A DNA stretch of 64,000 nt from an uncultured Candidatus Entotheonella sp. (GTDB lineage: Bacteria > Tectomicrobia > Entotheonellia > Entotheonellales > Entotheonellaceae). The translations under genes and the position numbers were made by a program. The notes below the pieces were generated by a model, which was given only the letters and a program-made list of their open reading frames with translations, was not told the origin of the DNA and searched no databases. Shown here one piece after another: positions 1 through 9,921 of this stretch (position 1 is the first letter of the stretch; each line of letters starts with the position of its first letter). Where the stretch lies: assembly GCA_965217185.1 (NCBI GenBank), contig OZ244252.1, forward strand, positions 3,584,001 to 3,648,000, in the 5' to 3' direction.

Positions 1-31
1 CCCGAAATTTGCCACAAAGGGAGGCATTCAG

Positions 32-889
32 ATGTCATTGCCGGTAGCAGAGGGTGGAGAAGGAATGCTGTCGCTGAAGACGCCGTTCGAGGCGTTGCCG
101 CTGGTTTGTGTAGATGTCGAGACTACCGGATTGTCGCCGGACAAAGGCGCCCGGGTCTGCGAGATTGCTCTGCTGCGCAGTGAGGGGGAGCGGGAAGTGG
201 CGCGTTTCGAGTCGCTGGTGCATCCGCAGCAGCCGATACCGCCGGAGGTGATCGCCGTGCATGGCATTACCGACGCTATGGTTGCCGAGGCCCCCGTCTT
301 CGCCACCCTGCTGCCGGATATCCGCACCCTTCTGCAAGGCGCTGTCGTTGTTGGCCATAACGTCCACTTCGATCTGCGCTTCCTGCGCCACGAATGGCAC
401 GTCACCGGCGAAGAGCTACCGGAATGCGTCGCCATCGACACCCTGGCTCTGGCGCGTACCCACTTCGATTTCCCCAAAAACGGCCTCGGCGCCATCGCCG
501 CTGCCCTCGGTATCGACCATACCTCTGCACACCGTGCCATGGGCGACGTGCTGGCCACCTGGAACGTTCTGCAGCATTTTGTCGCGGAGTTGCGCCACCG
601 CGGGCCGGTGACGCTGGCCGACCTGATCCTGCCGCGCCTGCCTGACGCCGCCGGCGCCGGCATCCGCGACCTGGTAATCGTCCTGCAAAATGCCCTGCCT
701 GAAAGTGCCCCGCTGTGCATGCGCTATCGCGCCTGGCACGCCCCCGAAACCATCCGCGTGGTGCAGCCTCTCGCGGTCTACTTCCAACGCGGCTACGGTT
801 TCCTGCACGCCTTCTGCCACCTCCGCCGCGAGGAGCGGCACTTCCGTCTGGATCGTATCCTTGAACTCAAGCCGTTAGGTGATGAGTAG
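32..889 (+). CDS. DEDDh (DnaQ-like) 3'-5' exonuclease fused to a C-terminal WYL domain
   Basis: ExoI VCVDVETTG, ExoII GHNVHFD, ExoIII HRAMGDV; C-terminal RVVQPL..GFLHAFCHLRREERHFRLDRI matches the WYL signature; GGAGG upstream of ATG 32 (ATG 65 is an alternative start). Confidence 0.85.
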   Translation: MSLPVAEGGEGMLSLKTPFEALPLVCVDVETTGLSPDKGARVCEIALLRSEGEREVARFESLVHPQQPIPPEVIAVHGITDAMVAEAPVFATLLPDIRTLLQGAVVVGHNVHFDLRFLRHEWHVTGEELPECVAIDTLALARTHFDFPKNGLGAIAAALGIDHTSAHRAMGDVLATWNVLQHFVAELRHRGPVTLADLILPRLPDAAGAGIRDLVIVLQNALPESAPLCMRYRAWHAPETIRVVQPLAVYFQRGYGFLHAFCHLRREERHFRLDRILELKPLGDE

Positions 890-1999
890 GGGAATCTTAC
901 CCGTCCGGATGTGCTGCTCCACGTCGGCGCTGCATGCGGGCGCGTGGCCGAAGGTTTGCTGCCAGAGGGTCTGCGTTTCCATGCACAAATAAAGCGATGC
1001 GGCGGGCGCGTAGCGGCGAATCCAGCCCCACATTTTCGCGTACATGTCGGCGCGGAGCGGCCTGAAATAGCGCATTTTACCGTCGTCGGAGGGAAACAAC
1101 TCGGCGGTCATCAGGCGGCTCTTGGGAAAACGCGCCCGCACCACGTCTTTGAGGTCCGGAGCGAAGCGCAGGCTGCCCATGCTCATCGTGGTGACGTCCC
1201 GCGGGTCAACGGCCTGGAATACCTGCTCCACAAAGGGCTCATAGACGTCTTCCCAGCCGGGGAAGTGCAGCAGCGGGTCGAAATGCAGACCGATCTTGTA
1301 ACCCGCCTCAAGGCAGCGCTGGGCCGCTCGCAGACGCGCCGCTAGCGGGGCCGTCTTGTGCTCTTCGCGCTGCACCACGTCCTGCGGATTGATAGACCAC
1401 GACACCATCACCCGTCCCTGGGGTTCCTCGTCCAGCAGCCCCTCGATCAGATCGCTCTTGGTCTTCAACTCGAACAGCACGTTGGGAAACTCGCAGATGA
1501 ACGGTACCAGCAGGCCCGTAAAGCCGGTCAGCGGGTCGAGCGACAGGCTGTCGCTGAACTCCCCGGAGCCCATGCGCACCAATTGATTCGGCCGGGCGTG
1601 CAGGAACGCCGTGACCTCCTCGAACAGCTGGTCGATGTTGGCGTACACGGTGAGGTAGGGCGTGTTGATATAGCTTTGCAGGTAGCAGTAGGTGCAGTCG
1701 TAGTTGCAGTTGGACACCGTATCGACGATGACGTACCCGCAGCATAGCCGTCCGTCGGTATTGCGGCTGCTGGCGCCGGGGCAGTCGCGCACGAAGCGGC
1801 CCTTCTGCGCAGTGAGATACAGGTGCTTTTTGCCCAAGGTCATCAACGCCGCCTGATCGGCCGGGGCCGGCAGTGGCGGCGGCCCGTCGATCACGTCGAC
1901 CGGCACCCCGGCCAGTCGGCTAACCACGTTGGCGGTAATCGGACTGTCCACAACCTGCCGGTCAATCCACACGTGCTGCGGTCGGTAAACGTGAGACAT
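875..1999 (-). CDS. Spore photoproduct lyase-like radical SAM protein
   Basis: CNYDCTYCYLQ (CxxxCxxC), GEFSDSL, ELKTKS, WSINP, YLCME; real gene is the 3' part of ORF 875..3373; start ATG 1999 (or 2047). Confidence 0.85.
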   Translation of the reverse strand: MSHVYRPQHVWIDRQVVDSPITANVVSRLAGVPVDVIDGPPPLPAPADQAALMTLGKKHLYLTAQKGRFVRDCPGASSRNTDGRLCCGYVIVDTVSNCNYDCTYCYLQSYINTPYLTVYANIDQLFEEVTAFLHARPNQLVRMGSGEFSDSLSLDPLTGFTGLLVPFICEFPNVLFELKTKSDLIEGLLDEEPQGRVMVSWSINPQDVVQREEHKTAPLAARLRAAQRCLEAGYKIGLHFDPLLHFPGWEDVYEPFVEQVFQAVDPRDVTTMSMGSLRFAPDLKDVVRARFPKSRLMTAELFPSDDGKMRYFRPLRADMYAKMWGWIRRYAPAASLYLCMETQTLWQQTFGHAPACSADVEQHIRTGKIPLLIT

Positions 2000-2170
2000 C
2001 GGCGTATAGTCCTGATTCTCAGGTACTTGCGAGGTAAGGGCGGCCATTGTAGGGGCGCCTCGGCGGATGGTCAAGCCTACCGCCCATGGTCCACGTAACG
2101 ACCCGTCCCGGAACTTGTTATACTCGCCGCTCCAACCCATCATACTGAATACTGAAAAGGAGAACCCATC

Positions 2171-3376
2171 ATGGCCCAAAAGCCGTTGCTTGACGGGATT
2201 CGTGTGCTCGACCTGGGGCGCTTCATCGCCGCGCCGTATGCCGGACAATTGCTGGCCGATCTTGGCGCCGAGGTGGTGCGGGTAGAGCGTCCGAGGCCGG
2301 AGCCGGACCGGCTGCGCGGACCGCATCTGAACGGCGATTCGATGTACTTCGTCACCATCAACCGCCACAAGAAGTCCGCCGCCTTCAACCTGTTTGACGA
2401 AGCGGGCCGGCGGCTGCTCGACCAACTCATCGTCAAGGCCGACATCCTCATTCAGAACTACTCGCCGCGCGCCGCCCGAGACCTCGGCTTCAGCAAGGAG
2501 CGCCTCCTCGGCCTCAACCCGCGGCTCATTGCGCTGTCCATCACGGGCTACGGCGCCGACGGGCCGGACGCCGAGCGGGTGGCCTTCGACGGGCTGGCGC
2601 AGGCGCGGAGTGGCGCCATGGCCTGCAACGGCAGCGGGCAGCCGTTCCTCAACCATCTGCCGTACGTCGATTTCAGCACCGCCCTGTACGGCGGCTTCGG
2701 CATCATGGCGGCGCTGTACGAGCGCGAGCGCACCGGCAAGGGGCAGTTCGTGGAAGTATCGCTGATCGAAACCATCAGCGCCTTTGCGGGCACCTACGGC
2801 ATGATCGCCGAAACCGCGCTGACCGACACCACCCGCCACCAGCAGGGCAACGCGCTGATCTACGCGCTCGGCGACTGCGTGCAGGCCAGCGACGGCGGCT
2901 TCGTGATCTTCAACTGCATCGGCAACATGTTCAAACGCCTGTGCGAGATGATCGGCCACCCGGAACTGCTGGACGATCCGCGCTACGCCACCGACGACCT
3001 GCGCTACGCCAATCGCGACGAGCTGATGGCGCACGTCACCGCGTGGGCCGGCGGCCTGACGACCCCCGATATCCTCGCTGTTGCCGAACGCTTCCGCCTG
3101 CCCTTCGAGCGCGTCAGCAGCGTGGCGGACTTGGCGTGCGACCCGCACGCCGCGGCGCGTGCCCTGTTTCCGCGCGTCGATCAGCCCGGCATGGGACCGA
3201 TTCCGGTCGCCCGGCAGGGGCTGAACCTCAGCGCCCACCCGCATCCGCAACTGCGTCCGGCGCCGGCCATCGGCGAGCACACCGCGGAGGTGCTGCAGAA
3301 CTGGCTGGGCTACACCCCGGAGCAGGTTCACGAGTTGCTGGAGGAGGCCGCCGTTCCCGTCGCTGGGGCCCATTAG
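2171..3376 (+). CDS. CoA transferase family III (CaiB/BaiF)
   Basis: LDGIRVLDLGRFIAAPYAGQLLADLGAEV, NRHKKS, catalytic-region AFDGLAQA, APAIGEHT. Confidence 0.92.
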   Translation: MAQKPLLDGIRVLDLGRFIAAPYAGQLLADLGAEVVRVERPRPEPDRLRGPHLNGDSMYFVTINRHKKSAAFNLFDEAGRRLLDQLIVKADILIQNYSPRAARDLGFSKERLLGLNPRLIALSITGYGADGPDAERVAFDGLAQARSGAMACNGSGQPFLNHLPYVDFSTALYGGFGIMAALYERERTGKGQFVEVSLIETISAFAGTYGMIAETALTDTTRHQQGNALIYALGDCVQASDGGFVIFNCIGNMFKRLCEMIGHPELLDDPRYATDDLRYANRDELMAHVTAWAGGLTTPDILAVAERFRLPFERVSSVADLACDPHAAARALFPRVDQPGMGPIPVARQGLNLSAHPHPQLRPAPAIGEHTAEVLQNWLGYTPEQVHELLEEAAVPVAGAH

Positions 3377-3515
3377 CGGCTCGGCGAAAACTTCTCTTGG
3401 TGTTCCCGGAGCGGCGGTGCTAGGATGCGCTACCTTTTAACAAAGCCTTAACAGGCGTTCTGTGTCATGCGCGGAGACCGAGACATGAGCTAGGCATCCT
3501 GGGGGAGACGGCGAG

Positions 3516-5495
3516 ATGAGTGCTGCTGTGGTGTGGTTATTCGTGTTTGTGCTCCTATATTGGGCCTATTGCATCTACTGGGGCGTGAAGGGAGCCCGGA
3601 CGGCACGGACGGCTTCGGACTACTTCATCGCCGGGCGCTCGATTCCCCTGTGGGTGTTTGTGCTCGCCGCCACCGCCACGTCGTTTTCGGGCTGGACTTT
3701 CGTGGGCCACCCCGGTCTCGTTTACCGCGACGGTTTCCAATACGCCTACGCCTCGTTCTACGCCATTACCATCCCCTTCACCGGCCTGATCTTCCTGAAA
3801 CGCCAATGGATGCTCGGCAAGCGCTTCGGCTACGTGACGCCGGGCGAAATGTACGCCGACTACTTCCGCTCCGACCTGATGCGCATCCTCACCGTGCTGG
3901 TGGCCCTGATCTTTTCCGTGCCCTACCTCGGGGTGCAGTTGCGGGCCTCCGGCTTCCTGTTCAACGTCCTCACCGACGGTCTGTTTCCCGTCTGGCTCGG
4001 CATGTGGCTGCTGTCGCTGGTGGTCATCATCTACGTCGCCTCGGGCGGCCTGCGGGCGGTGGCCTACGTGGATACGGTGCAGTGCGTCCTGCTGGCGGTG
4101 GGCATCGTAGCCGTCGGGTTGATCACCTTGAGCTACGTCGGCGGTTTCGGCGCCCTGAACGAGGGCATCGCCAAGCTGGCGGAAATCGACACCAAGCGAA
4201 CACCGGCGGGATACAGTCACTACATCGCCATACCAGGGGTCATCCAGTTCGTGAAGTCGGGGCCGAGCGCCGTCGGCGGCGCCTGGACGGGCATCATGAT
4301 TCTCACCTACATGTTCGCGCTCATGGGCATTCAGTCGGCGCCGGCGTTCTCGATGTGGTCGTTTTCCAACCGTAACCCACGCCCCTTCGCACCGCAGCAG
4401 GTGTGGGCGTCGTCGTTCGGCATCGGCTTCATTCTGATCGTTTTCACGGCCATCCAGGGCATGGGGGCGCACCTGCTGGGCGCCGACAAGGCGATGCTGG
4501 ATGCCGCGCAGGCGGCACAGGCCGCGGGACAACCCGCCGGGGTCGTCAACGACGTGCTGCAACTGGGCCGCGACATCATGGAAATGCCGGGCAAGCAGGG
4601 CTTCCTGGTGCCGGTGCTCATTCGCCTCATGAGCGACGTGGCGCCGTGGCTCGTCGGCCTGCTGGCGGTGTGCGCCCTGGCGGCGATGCAGTCGACCGGC
4701 GCGGCGTATATGTCAACCGCGGCCGGCATGCTGACCCGCGACTTGTACAAGCGTTTCATCAACCCTGACGCGTCGCACGAGTCGCAGAAATTGCTCGGGC
4801 GCGTTGGCGTGGTGGTGATTACGATTCTGGCCCTGGTGGTGGCGACCACGTCGCGAGATGCCCTGGTGCTGCTCGGCGGCTTGGCGGTGGCGTACGGCTT
4901 CCAGATGTGGCCGGCGCTGATCGCCACCTGCTGGTGGCCGTGGCTGACGCGGCAGGGCGTCACGGTCGGGCTCGTCGCCGGCATCGTCGCGGTGACGCTC
5001 ACCGAGTCGATCGGCGAGCAGTGGTTCGGCATCACCGCCTGGGGCCGGTGGCCGCTGACCATCCACTCGGCGGGCTGGGGCCTGATCTTCAACCTCGGCC
5101 TGGCCATCCTGATCTCGTTTGCCACGCAAAGCCGTGAGGGCACCGAGCATCGCACGCGCTTCCACGCCTTCCTGAAAGAACACGCCGGCCTGCCCGAGGC
5201 CAAGAAACCCCTGATCCCCTGGGCATGGGGCATCACGATTGCCTGGTTCTTTTTCGGCATCGGGCCGGGGGCCGTCATCGGCAACACGATTTTCGGCAAC
5301 CCGAACGACGCCGCCACGTGGGTGTTCGGCATGCCCTCCATCTGGGCCTGGCACATTTTGTGGTGGGCGTTGGGCGTCGGCATGATGTGGTTCCTGGCCT
5401 ACAAGATGCAGATGTCCACGGTGCCGGATCAGGAGGTCGTGGCGCTGGTGGAGGACATCGGCGACGTGAAGGTTCCAGAGGCCGCGTCGGATTAG
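3516..5495 (+). CDS. Sodium:solute symporter (SSS) family transporter
   Basis: DYFIAGR, ATSFSGWTFVG, GGLRAVAYVDTVQ, LAAMQST; many TM segments. Confidence 0.9.
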   Translation: MSAAVVWLFVFVLLYWAYCIYWGVKGARTARTASDYFIAGRSIPLWVFVLAATATSFSGWTFVGHPGLVYRDGFQYAYASFYAITIPFTGLIFLKRQWMLGKRFGYVTPGEMYADYFRSDLMRILTVLVALIFSVPYLGVQLRASGFLFNVLTDGLFPVWLGMWLLSLVVIIYVASGGLRAVAYVDTVQCVLLAVGIVAVGLITLSYVGGFGALNEGIAKLAEIDTKRTPAGYSHYIAIPGVIQFVKSGPSAVGGAWTGIMILTYMFALMGIQSAPAFSMWSFSNRNPRPFAPQQVWASSFGIGFILIVFTAIQGMGAHLLGADKAMLDAAQAAQAAGQPAGVVNDVLQLGRDIMEMPGKQGFLVPVLIRLMSDVAPWLVGLLAVCALAAMQSTGAAYMSTAAGMLTRDLYKRFINPDASHESQKLLGRVGVVVITILALVVATTSRDALVLLGGLAVAYGFQMWPALIATCWWPWLTRQGVTVGLVAGIVAVTLTESIGEQWFGITAWGRWPLTIHSAGWGLIFNLGLAILISFATQSREGTEHRTRFHAFLKEHAGLPEAKKPLIPWAWGITIAWFFFGIGPGAVIGNTIFGNPNDAATWVFGMPSIWAWHILWWALGVGMMWFLAYKMQMSTVPDQEVVALVEDIGDVKVPEAASD

Positions 5496-5636
5496 TCCCC
5501 CTCACCCTAACCCCCGGATCGAGTCCGGGGCAGGCTCTCTTCCGCTAGGGAAGAGGGAGCAACGCCCTTTCGTGAGGGAAGGTTGATCCCCCCTGGTTCC
5601 CTCCCCCTCCGCGGGGGAGGGCTAGGGAGAGGGGGG
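5496..5636. repeat. Inverted pair of CCCTCTCCC/GGGAGAGGG-type palindromic intergenic repeats, with an embedded CCCCGGATCGAGTCCGGGG hairpin
   Basis: 5496-5557 ccccctcaccctaacc...ctcttccgctagggaagaggg and 5599-5636 ccctccccctccgcgggggagggctagggagagggggg. Confidence 0.75.
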
Positions 5637-5667
5637 TTGTGAAGCGGCCGGTGAGGGATGTCGCATC

Positions 5668-5913
5668 ATGGCATCGTGGGTCATTCCCTGGTATGGCTTT
5701 TCGTCCTTTCTTCTGGGCTTGCTGCTCTTCTGGCCCCTCCGCAAACTTATCTTGGCCCTCAGCATCAACCGCCACCAGCGCCGCATTCAGGCCGACATCG
5801 ACGACGCGGACCGGGAGCGGCTGCGGCAGCGGGTCACCTGGGTCGCCGCCTTTATCGCCATGACGTTTGCTTTCCTATACAACCACTTCATCTTCTTCAG
5901 GTCGGTCGACTGA
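5668..5913 (+). CDS. Small two-TM membrane protein
   Basis: Two hydrophobic stretches, host-like codon usage, GAGG upstream, stop 1 nt before the next ATG. Confidence 0.65.
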   Translation: MASWVIPWYGFSSFLLGLLLFWPLRKLILALSINRHQRRIQADIDDADRERLRQRVTWVAAFIAMTFAFLYNHFIFFRSVD

Positions 5914-5914
5914 C

Positions 5915-6499
5915 ATGCACGCGCTCTACCGCAGGGAGAACCGCGCTGGCGTCCTGGCGCTGCTGCTGTTCGTGGGCGTCGTTGCCTTCGTGCTGTATTG
6001 GCGCACCGCGGTGGAGGACACGCCGGGCGACTATCACGTCAAGACGGGTAACTATCGCCTGCAGGACGCGCAGTACGACCGGGCCATCGTCGAATTCGAG
6101 TTCGCCCTGGAAGCGAATGCCGGCCACCCGCTGGCCTACCTCGGCATCGCCCTGGCCCTGATGCACCAGAAACACTACGAGGCTTCCCTGGATGCCTTCG
6201 ACCGCGCCCTGGCGCTCGATGGTTCCCTGGCCGTGGCCTATGCCGACCGGGGCGTTTTGTATGACCGCATGGGTCAGCACGACTTGGCCCTGCAGGACTA
6301 CCGCCGCGCCCTGGCCCTCGACCCCAAGCTGGCCGACGGCCCCGGCTGGCTGTGGCGCTTCCTCCGCAACATGCCCGAACGCCCCCCCACCATCGCCGAC
6401 CGCGCCGCCTACCTCGAAGCCGAACTGCGCAAGGCCCCTGAAGACCGCGTCCTGAGCCTGCCGGAGATCGACGCGCAGCAGCGCATGTACAACTATTGA
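5915..6499 (+). CDS. Membrane-anchored tetratricopeptide repeat protein
   Basis: N-terminal TM; TPR motifs AYLGIALALMHQKHYEASLDAFDRALALD and AYADRGVLYDRMGQHDLALQDYRRALALDP. Confidence 0.85.
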   Translation: MHALYRRENRAGVLALLLFVGVVAFVLYWRTAVEDTPGDYHVKTGNYRLQDAQYDRAIVEFEFALEANAGHPLAYLGIALALMHQKHYEASLDAFDRALALDGSLAVAYADRGVLYDRMGQHDLALQDYRRALALDPKLADGPGWLWRFLRNMPERPPTIADRAAYLEAELRKAPEDRVLSLPEIDAQQRMYNY

Positions 6500-6603
6500 T
6501 ACGCTGCACGCCGGTGCTTGAGAAAGCACCTTGGCGTGCTATGCTTCACGCCCGCGGGGTTCGGATGACGGTTCGACGGGTTGTGCAACGGCCCGCATTC
6601 CTG

Positions 6604-6642
6604 CTCCCTCTCCCCTGGCGGGAGAGGGTTGGGGTGAGGGGG
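6604..6642. repeat. CCCTCTCCC-type palindromic repeat
   Basis: ctccctctcccctggcgggagagggttggggtgaggggg, same family as 5496-5636. Confidence 0.75.
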
Positions 6643-6692
6643 CAAGTCCCGGATTGCAAGCCGTTTTGATCCGCAAGTGTTTTGGCGTCATC

Positions 6693-6729
6693 GGAATGTC
6701 GGGTTACGCCTTTGGCTAACCCGACCTAC
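6693..6729 (-). repeat. GTAG-type REP element
   Basis: Reverse complement GTAGGTCGGGTTAGCCAAAGGCGTAACCCGACATTCC. Confidence 0.8.
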
Positions 6730-6759
6730 ATACTGCATAAAAACGGACAGGGGGATGTC

Positions 6760-7500
6760 ATGAGTTCAGACACGGATGTGAAGGCATTGGTGCGCGAGCG
6801 CTACGCCGAGGTGGCGAAGGCCGCGGGTGGCTGCTGTGCTGACGACGTCTGCGGCACGCCCACGCAGCTTTACGACGACGAGCAGGTCGAAGGGCTGCCG
6901 AGCGAGGCGCTGATGGCGTCGGCGGGCTGCGGCAATCCGACCGCCATCGACGACCTCAAACCCGGCGACACGGTGGTGGACTTCGGCAGCGGCGGCGGTA
7001 TCGATTGTTTCATTGCGGCCAAGGCGGTGGGGGAGCAGGGTCACGTCATCGGCGTGGACATGACGCCCGACATGGTAGACCTCGCGCGCCGTAACGCGGC
7101 AAGCCTCGGCATGACGAACGTGACGTTTCACCTCACCGAGATGGAAAGCACGCCCATCGACGGCGCCTCGGTGGACGTGATCATTTCGAACTGCGTCATC
7201 AACTTGGCTCCGGACAAGGACGCAGTGTTCCGTGAGGCCTACCGTATCCTGAAGCCGGGGGGCCGGATGTTCATCTCGGACATGCTGCTCACGGCGCCGC
7301 TGCCGGCCCACGCGACTGCCGACGCGCGCAACTGGGTGGCCTGCCTGTCGGGCGCCGAGCCGCAGGAGGTCTATCTCGGCAGGATGCGGCAGGCCGGCTT
7401 TGAGCGCATGGAGATCGTGGACGACAGGCCCTGGCAGGGCGAGCAGGAATGGGCGTCGCGCGTCCACAGCATGAACATCAAGGCGTACAAGCCGGCATAA
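6760..7500 (+). CDS. arsM: Arsenite S-adenosylmethyltransferase-like
   Basis: [48 protein letters not shown]. Confidence 0.8.
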   Translation: MSSDTDVKALVRERYAEVAKAAGGCCADDVCGTPTQLYDDEQVEGLPSEALMASAGCGNPTAIDDLKPGDTVVDFGSGGGIDCFIAAKAVGEQGHVIGVDMTPDMVDLARRNAASLGMTNVTFHLTEMESTPIDGASVDVIISNCVINLAPDKDAVFREAYRILKPGGRMFISDMLLTAPLPAHATADARNWVACLSGAEPQEVYLGRMRQAGFERMEIVDDRPWQGEQEWASRVHSMNIKAYKPA

Positions 7501-7561
7501 GCATCCAGCCCGCCGGTGCTGTGTTCCCGTCGGCAAGAGCGTTTTCGGACTCCTTGTATCC

Positions 7562-7596
7562 GTAGGTCGGATTAGCGAAGCGTAATCCGACAGTCC
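7562..7596 (+). repeat. GTAG-type REP element
   Basis: GTAGGTCGGATTAGCGAAGCGTAATCCGACAGTCC. Confidence 0.85.
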
Positions 7597-7625
7597 GCAG
7601 CGCTAACGGCGTAATGGAGGGACGC

Positions 7626-7808
7626 ATGCGTAAGACCCATGACCGTGAGGAACACGCGGTATTGCTTCAGGAACTCGAAGAACTCGAATCCCTCAAAGCC
7701 TACGATGCGGCCAAGTCGTCCCATGACCAAGCCATCCCGCTCGACCAAGCCCTGGCAGAAATTGAAGAGCATCGGTCAAGAATTTTCCCAACTCAAAGGG
7801 AGCACTAA
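7626..7808 (+). CDS. Orphan small acidic antitoxin-like protein, possibly a remnant
   Basis: LLQELEELESLKAYDAAKSSHDQAIPLDQALAEIE resembles RelB-type antitoxin C-termini; GGAGG upstream; no toxin follows. Confidence 0.5.
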   Translation: MRKTHDREEHAVLLQELEELESLKAYDAAKSSHDQAIPLDQALAEIEEHRSRIFPTQREH

Positions 7809-7809
7809 C

Positions 7810-8583
7810 GTGTCAGACACCATCCTGTACGAAAAAGAAAGCCACGTCGTCACCATCACCTATAACCGGCCCGAGCGGCTCAACGCCATCAATGGTCAGA
7901 TGCGCGAGGAACTGAACGCCGCCTGGCTGCGCTTCCGCGACGATACCGACGCCTGGGTGGCCATCCTGACCGGGGCGGGCCGGGCCTTCTGTGCCGGTGC
8001 CGACATCAAGGAAGGCGGCTCGGCAGGCACCTTCGCGGGCACGTATTGGGAAAAACCCACCATCAACTCGTTCGAGAGCGGCCTGGAACTGTTCAAGCCG
8101 ATCATCGCGGCGATCAACGGCCCGTGCCTCGGCTACGGTGTCACCGGCGTCTCGTTCTGCGATTTCGTCATCGCCTCGGAGCGCGCGACCTTTGGCTTCC
8201 CGGAGGTGCGCATCGGGGTGCCGACCATTGTGGGCGCAGTCCGCATGCCGGGCCGCATCGGCTGGACCAACGCCATGGAACTGCTGCTCATCGGCGAGTC
8301 CGTGGACGCCGCCCGTGCCAGGGAAATGGGGCTGGTGTGGAAGGTGGTGCCGCACGACGACCTGCTGAGCGAGGCGAAAACGCTGGCGGCCCGGCTCTGC
8401 CAATCGGCGCCGCTGGCCGTACGCGCCACCAAGGAAGTGGCCGTGCGTACCCGCAGCCTGCCGTGGATCGAGGCCGTACGCTTCGGCGAAACCATGCGGC
8501 TGGTGGCCGGTGAAACCGCCGATGCCAACGAAGGCAAACAGGCGTTCAGGGAGAAGCGCGCCCCGATTTGGCAGGGCAAGTAA
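7810..8583 (+). CDS. Enoyl-CoA hydratase/isomerase family protein
   Basis: NRPERLNA, GRAFCAGADI, KPIIAAINGPCLGYG, FGFPEV; GTG start with AGGGAG. Confidence 0.92.
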   Translation: MSDTILYEKESHVVTITYNRPERLNAINGQMREELNAAWLRFRDDTDAWVAILTGAGRAFCAGADIKEGGSAGTFAGTYWEKPTINSFESGLELFKPIIAAINGPCLGYGVTGVSFCDFVIASERATFGFPEVRIGVPTIVGAVRMPGRIGWTNAMELLLIGESVDAARAREMGLVWKVVPHDDLLSEAKTLAARLCQSAPLAVRATKEVAVRTRSLPWIEAVRFGETMRLVAGETADANEGKQAFREKRAPIWQGK

Positions 8584-8660
8584 ACCGCTTTCGAAGAGCG
8601 CCGGCCCAGGAGAACAAGACTGGATGGGTTTCGGGCGCAACTGGAAAGAGAGGAGCAACA

Positions 8661-8828
8661 ATGGCCGTAGAGGATCAGCCGCCTTTGGCACAGCCGGCGA
8701 GTCCGAGGCCGGCGACGTCCAAGGAAATCATTCAGATTGCCGGCGCTGCAATCGCTCTCGTCGCGGTCATCATCGCCGGCATGCGCTTGGTTGTGTCGAT
8801 GACAAGTCGAGCCAGCGGCAGGATATAG
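8661..8828 (+). CDS. Small single-TM hypothetical protein
   Basis: AGGAG RBS, hydrophobic EIIQIAGAAIALVAVIIAG; 3' end overlaps the toxin remnant. Confidence 0.4.
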   Translation: MAVEDQPPLAQPASPRPATSKEIIQIAGAAIALVAVIIAGMRLVVSMTSRASGRI

Positions 8829-8860
8829 AACGCGCCCATCAAATAGCGAGTGAACTCTGA
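8787..8860 (+). pseudogene. C-terminal remnant of an HI1419-type (RelE-like) addiction module toxin
   Basis: Translates as LGCVDDKSSQRQDIERAHQIASEL*, like the family tail GGDKSTQxxDIxxA; TGATG overlap with the antidote start. Confidence 0.7.
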
Positions 8861-9921
8861 TGAGCAAAGAAACCTATACCCCTTGGGATAGCGCTGAGTT
8901 TCTTGGTGACGACGAGGTCGTCGTGGAATACCTGCGGGCGGCGTTGGAAGAAAACGACCCGGCATTTTTCGTGAAGGCCGTCGGCAACGTGGCCCGTGCC
9001 AAGGGCATGTCCCAGGTCGCCCAGGAAACCCAATTGGGCCGTCAAAACTTGTACAAGGCATTGTCAGGTGAGCGTAATCCGCGAATCGGCACGTTGATGA
9101 AGGTTCTTGACTCGCTTGGTGTTCAGCTCACCGTTGCACCGAGCCGATGTGAGGATGTCGAGAAAAGGCAGGTCCATGCCATGACTTTTAGATTTTGTGG
9201 TGACGATCCTGAACTGTTACGTAGGCGCATAATCCGCTTAGCAGATGATTTATCGCAACAGACAGGTTTGAAGAGCATGGAGGATACGTTTCTGGGGGGT
9301 AGAATGCTATACCGCCCGGGCAGGATTGCTGAGAGGGTCGGCATCTGGGTTCCTCACGAAGAGCCCCGCTGGAGACTCCGAGTGAATCTGTGGCCAGCGA
9401 GCACCGCCGGACAAGCTGACCGTTTCCGTAAAGACTGTTTCCTTAACATGTGCAGGCACGAAGAATTTCTGTCCTTGAACGAGCAAGGCTGGACGGTCGA
9501 GCCCAATCTCAATTTCTCTTCTTTAATGGGACAGAAATTTTTCTGGGCTGCAACCACTTGTGGAACTCGTGCCTACCTGAATTACTTCTTCTCAGGTAGA
9601 CCGTACGGGAATTACCGCTATGAGACACCGTATCCGAGCAAAAGATTATTATTACCCTTGATCGAGCAGTGGGAGCGCAAAGGCATCCTTGGTCCAGAGG
9701 ACCGAAATAAAATCGAACGCACACGTGGAGACAGAACCGTCATCAATGTCAATCCGGAGTTTTCGGTCTATCGGGACTGGTGTCCCGATGACGTGATCGA
9801 GTTGGATGAGCAGGGATGCCTTGAAGCACACATCATTGAGGCACTTGCCATTCCCCTTGCAACATGGGGGGAAGAGTTGGAACGCCCTTGTAGCGCGGCA
9901 GCCTCGGCAAAGCCGACATAA
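8860..9921 (+). CDS. HI1420-type addiction module antidote (HTH) fused to a ~250 aa unknown domain
   Basis: WDSAEFL..YLRAALEENDPAFF..VARAKGMSQVAQETQLGRQNLYKALSGERNP; frame stays open into lower-GC sequence. Confidence 0.75.
   Translation: MSKETYTPWDSAEFLGDDEVVVEYLRAALEENDPAFFVKAVGNVARAKGMSQVAQETQLGRQNLYKALSGERNPRIGTLMKVLDSLGVQLTVAPSRCEDVEKRQVHAMTFRFCGDDPELLRRRIIRLADDLSQQTGLKSMEDTFLGGRMLYRPGRIAERVGIWVPHEEPRWRLRVNLWPASTAGQADRFRKDCFLNMCRHEEFLSLNEQGWTVEPNLNFSSLMGQKFFWAATTCGTRAYLNYFFSGRPYGNYRYETPYPSKRLLLPLIEQWERKGILGPEDRNKIERTRGDRTVINVNPEFSVYRDWCPDDVIELDEQGCLEAHIIEALAIPLATWGEELERPCSAAASAKPT

Noticed and set aside
2048..3373. 832 aa ORF suggesting a large fusion to the radical SAM protein
   Set aside because: The upstream part is the antisense shadow of the CoA transferase
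3420..3503. AGGATGC/GCATCCT pairing as a possible riboswitch before the SSS gene
   Set aside because: Short stem, no recognisable aptamer, and the 5' arm overlaps a likely -10 element
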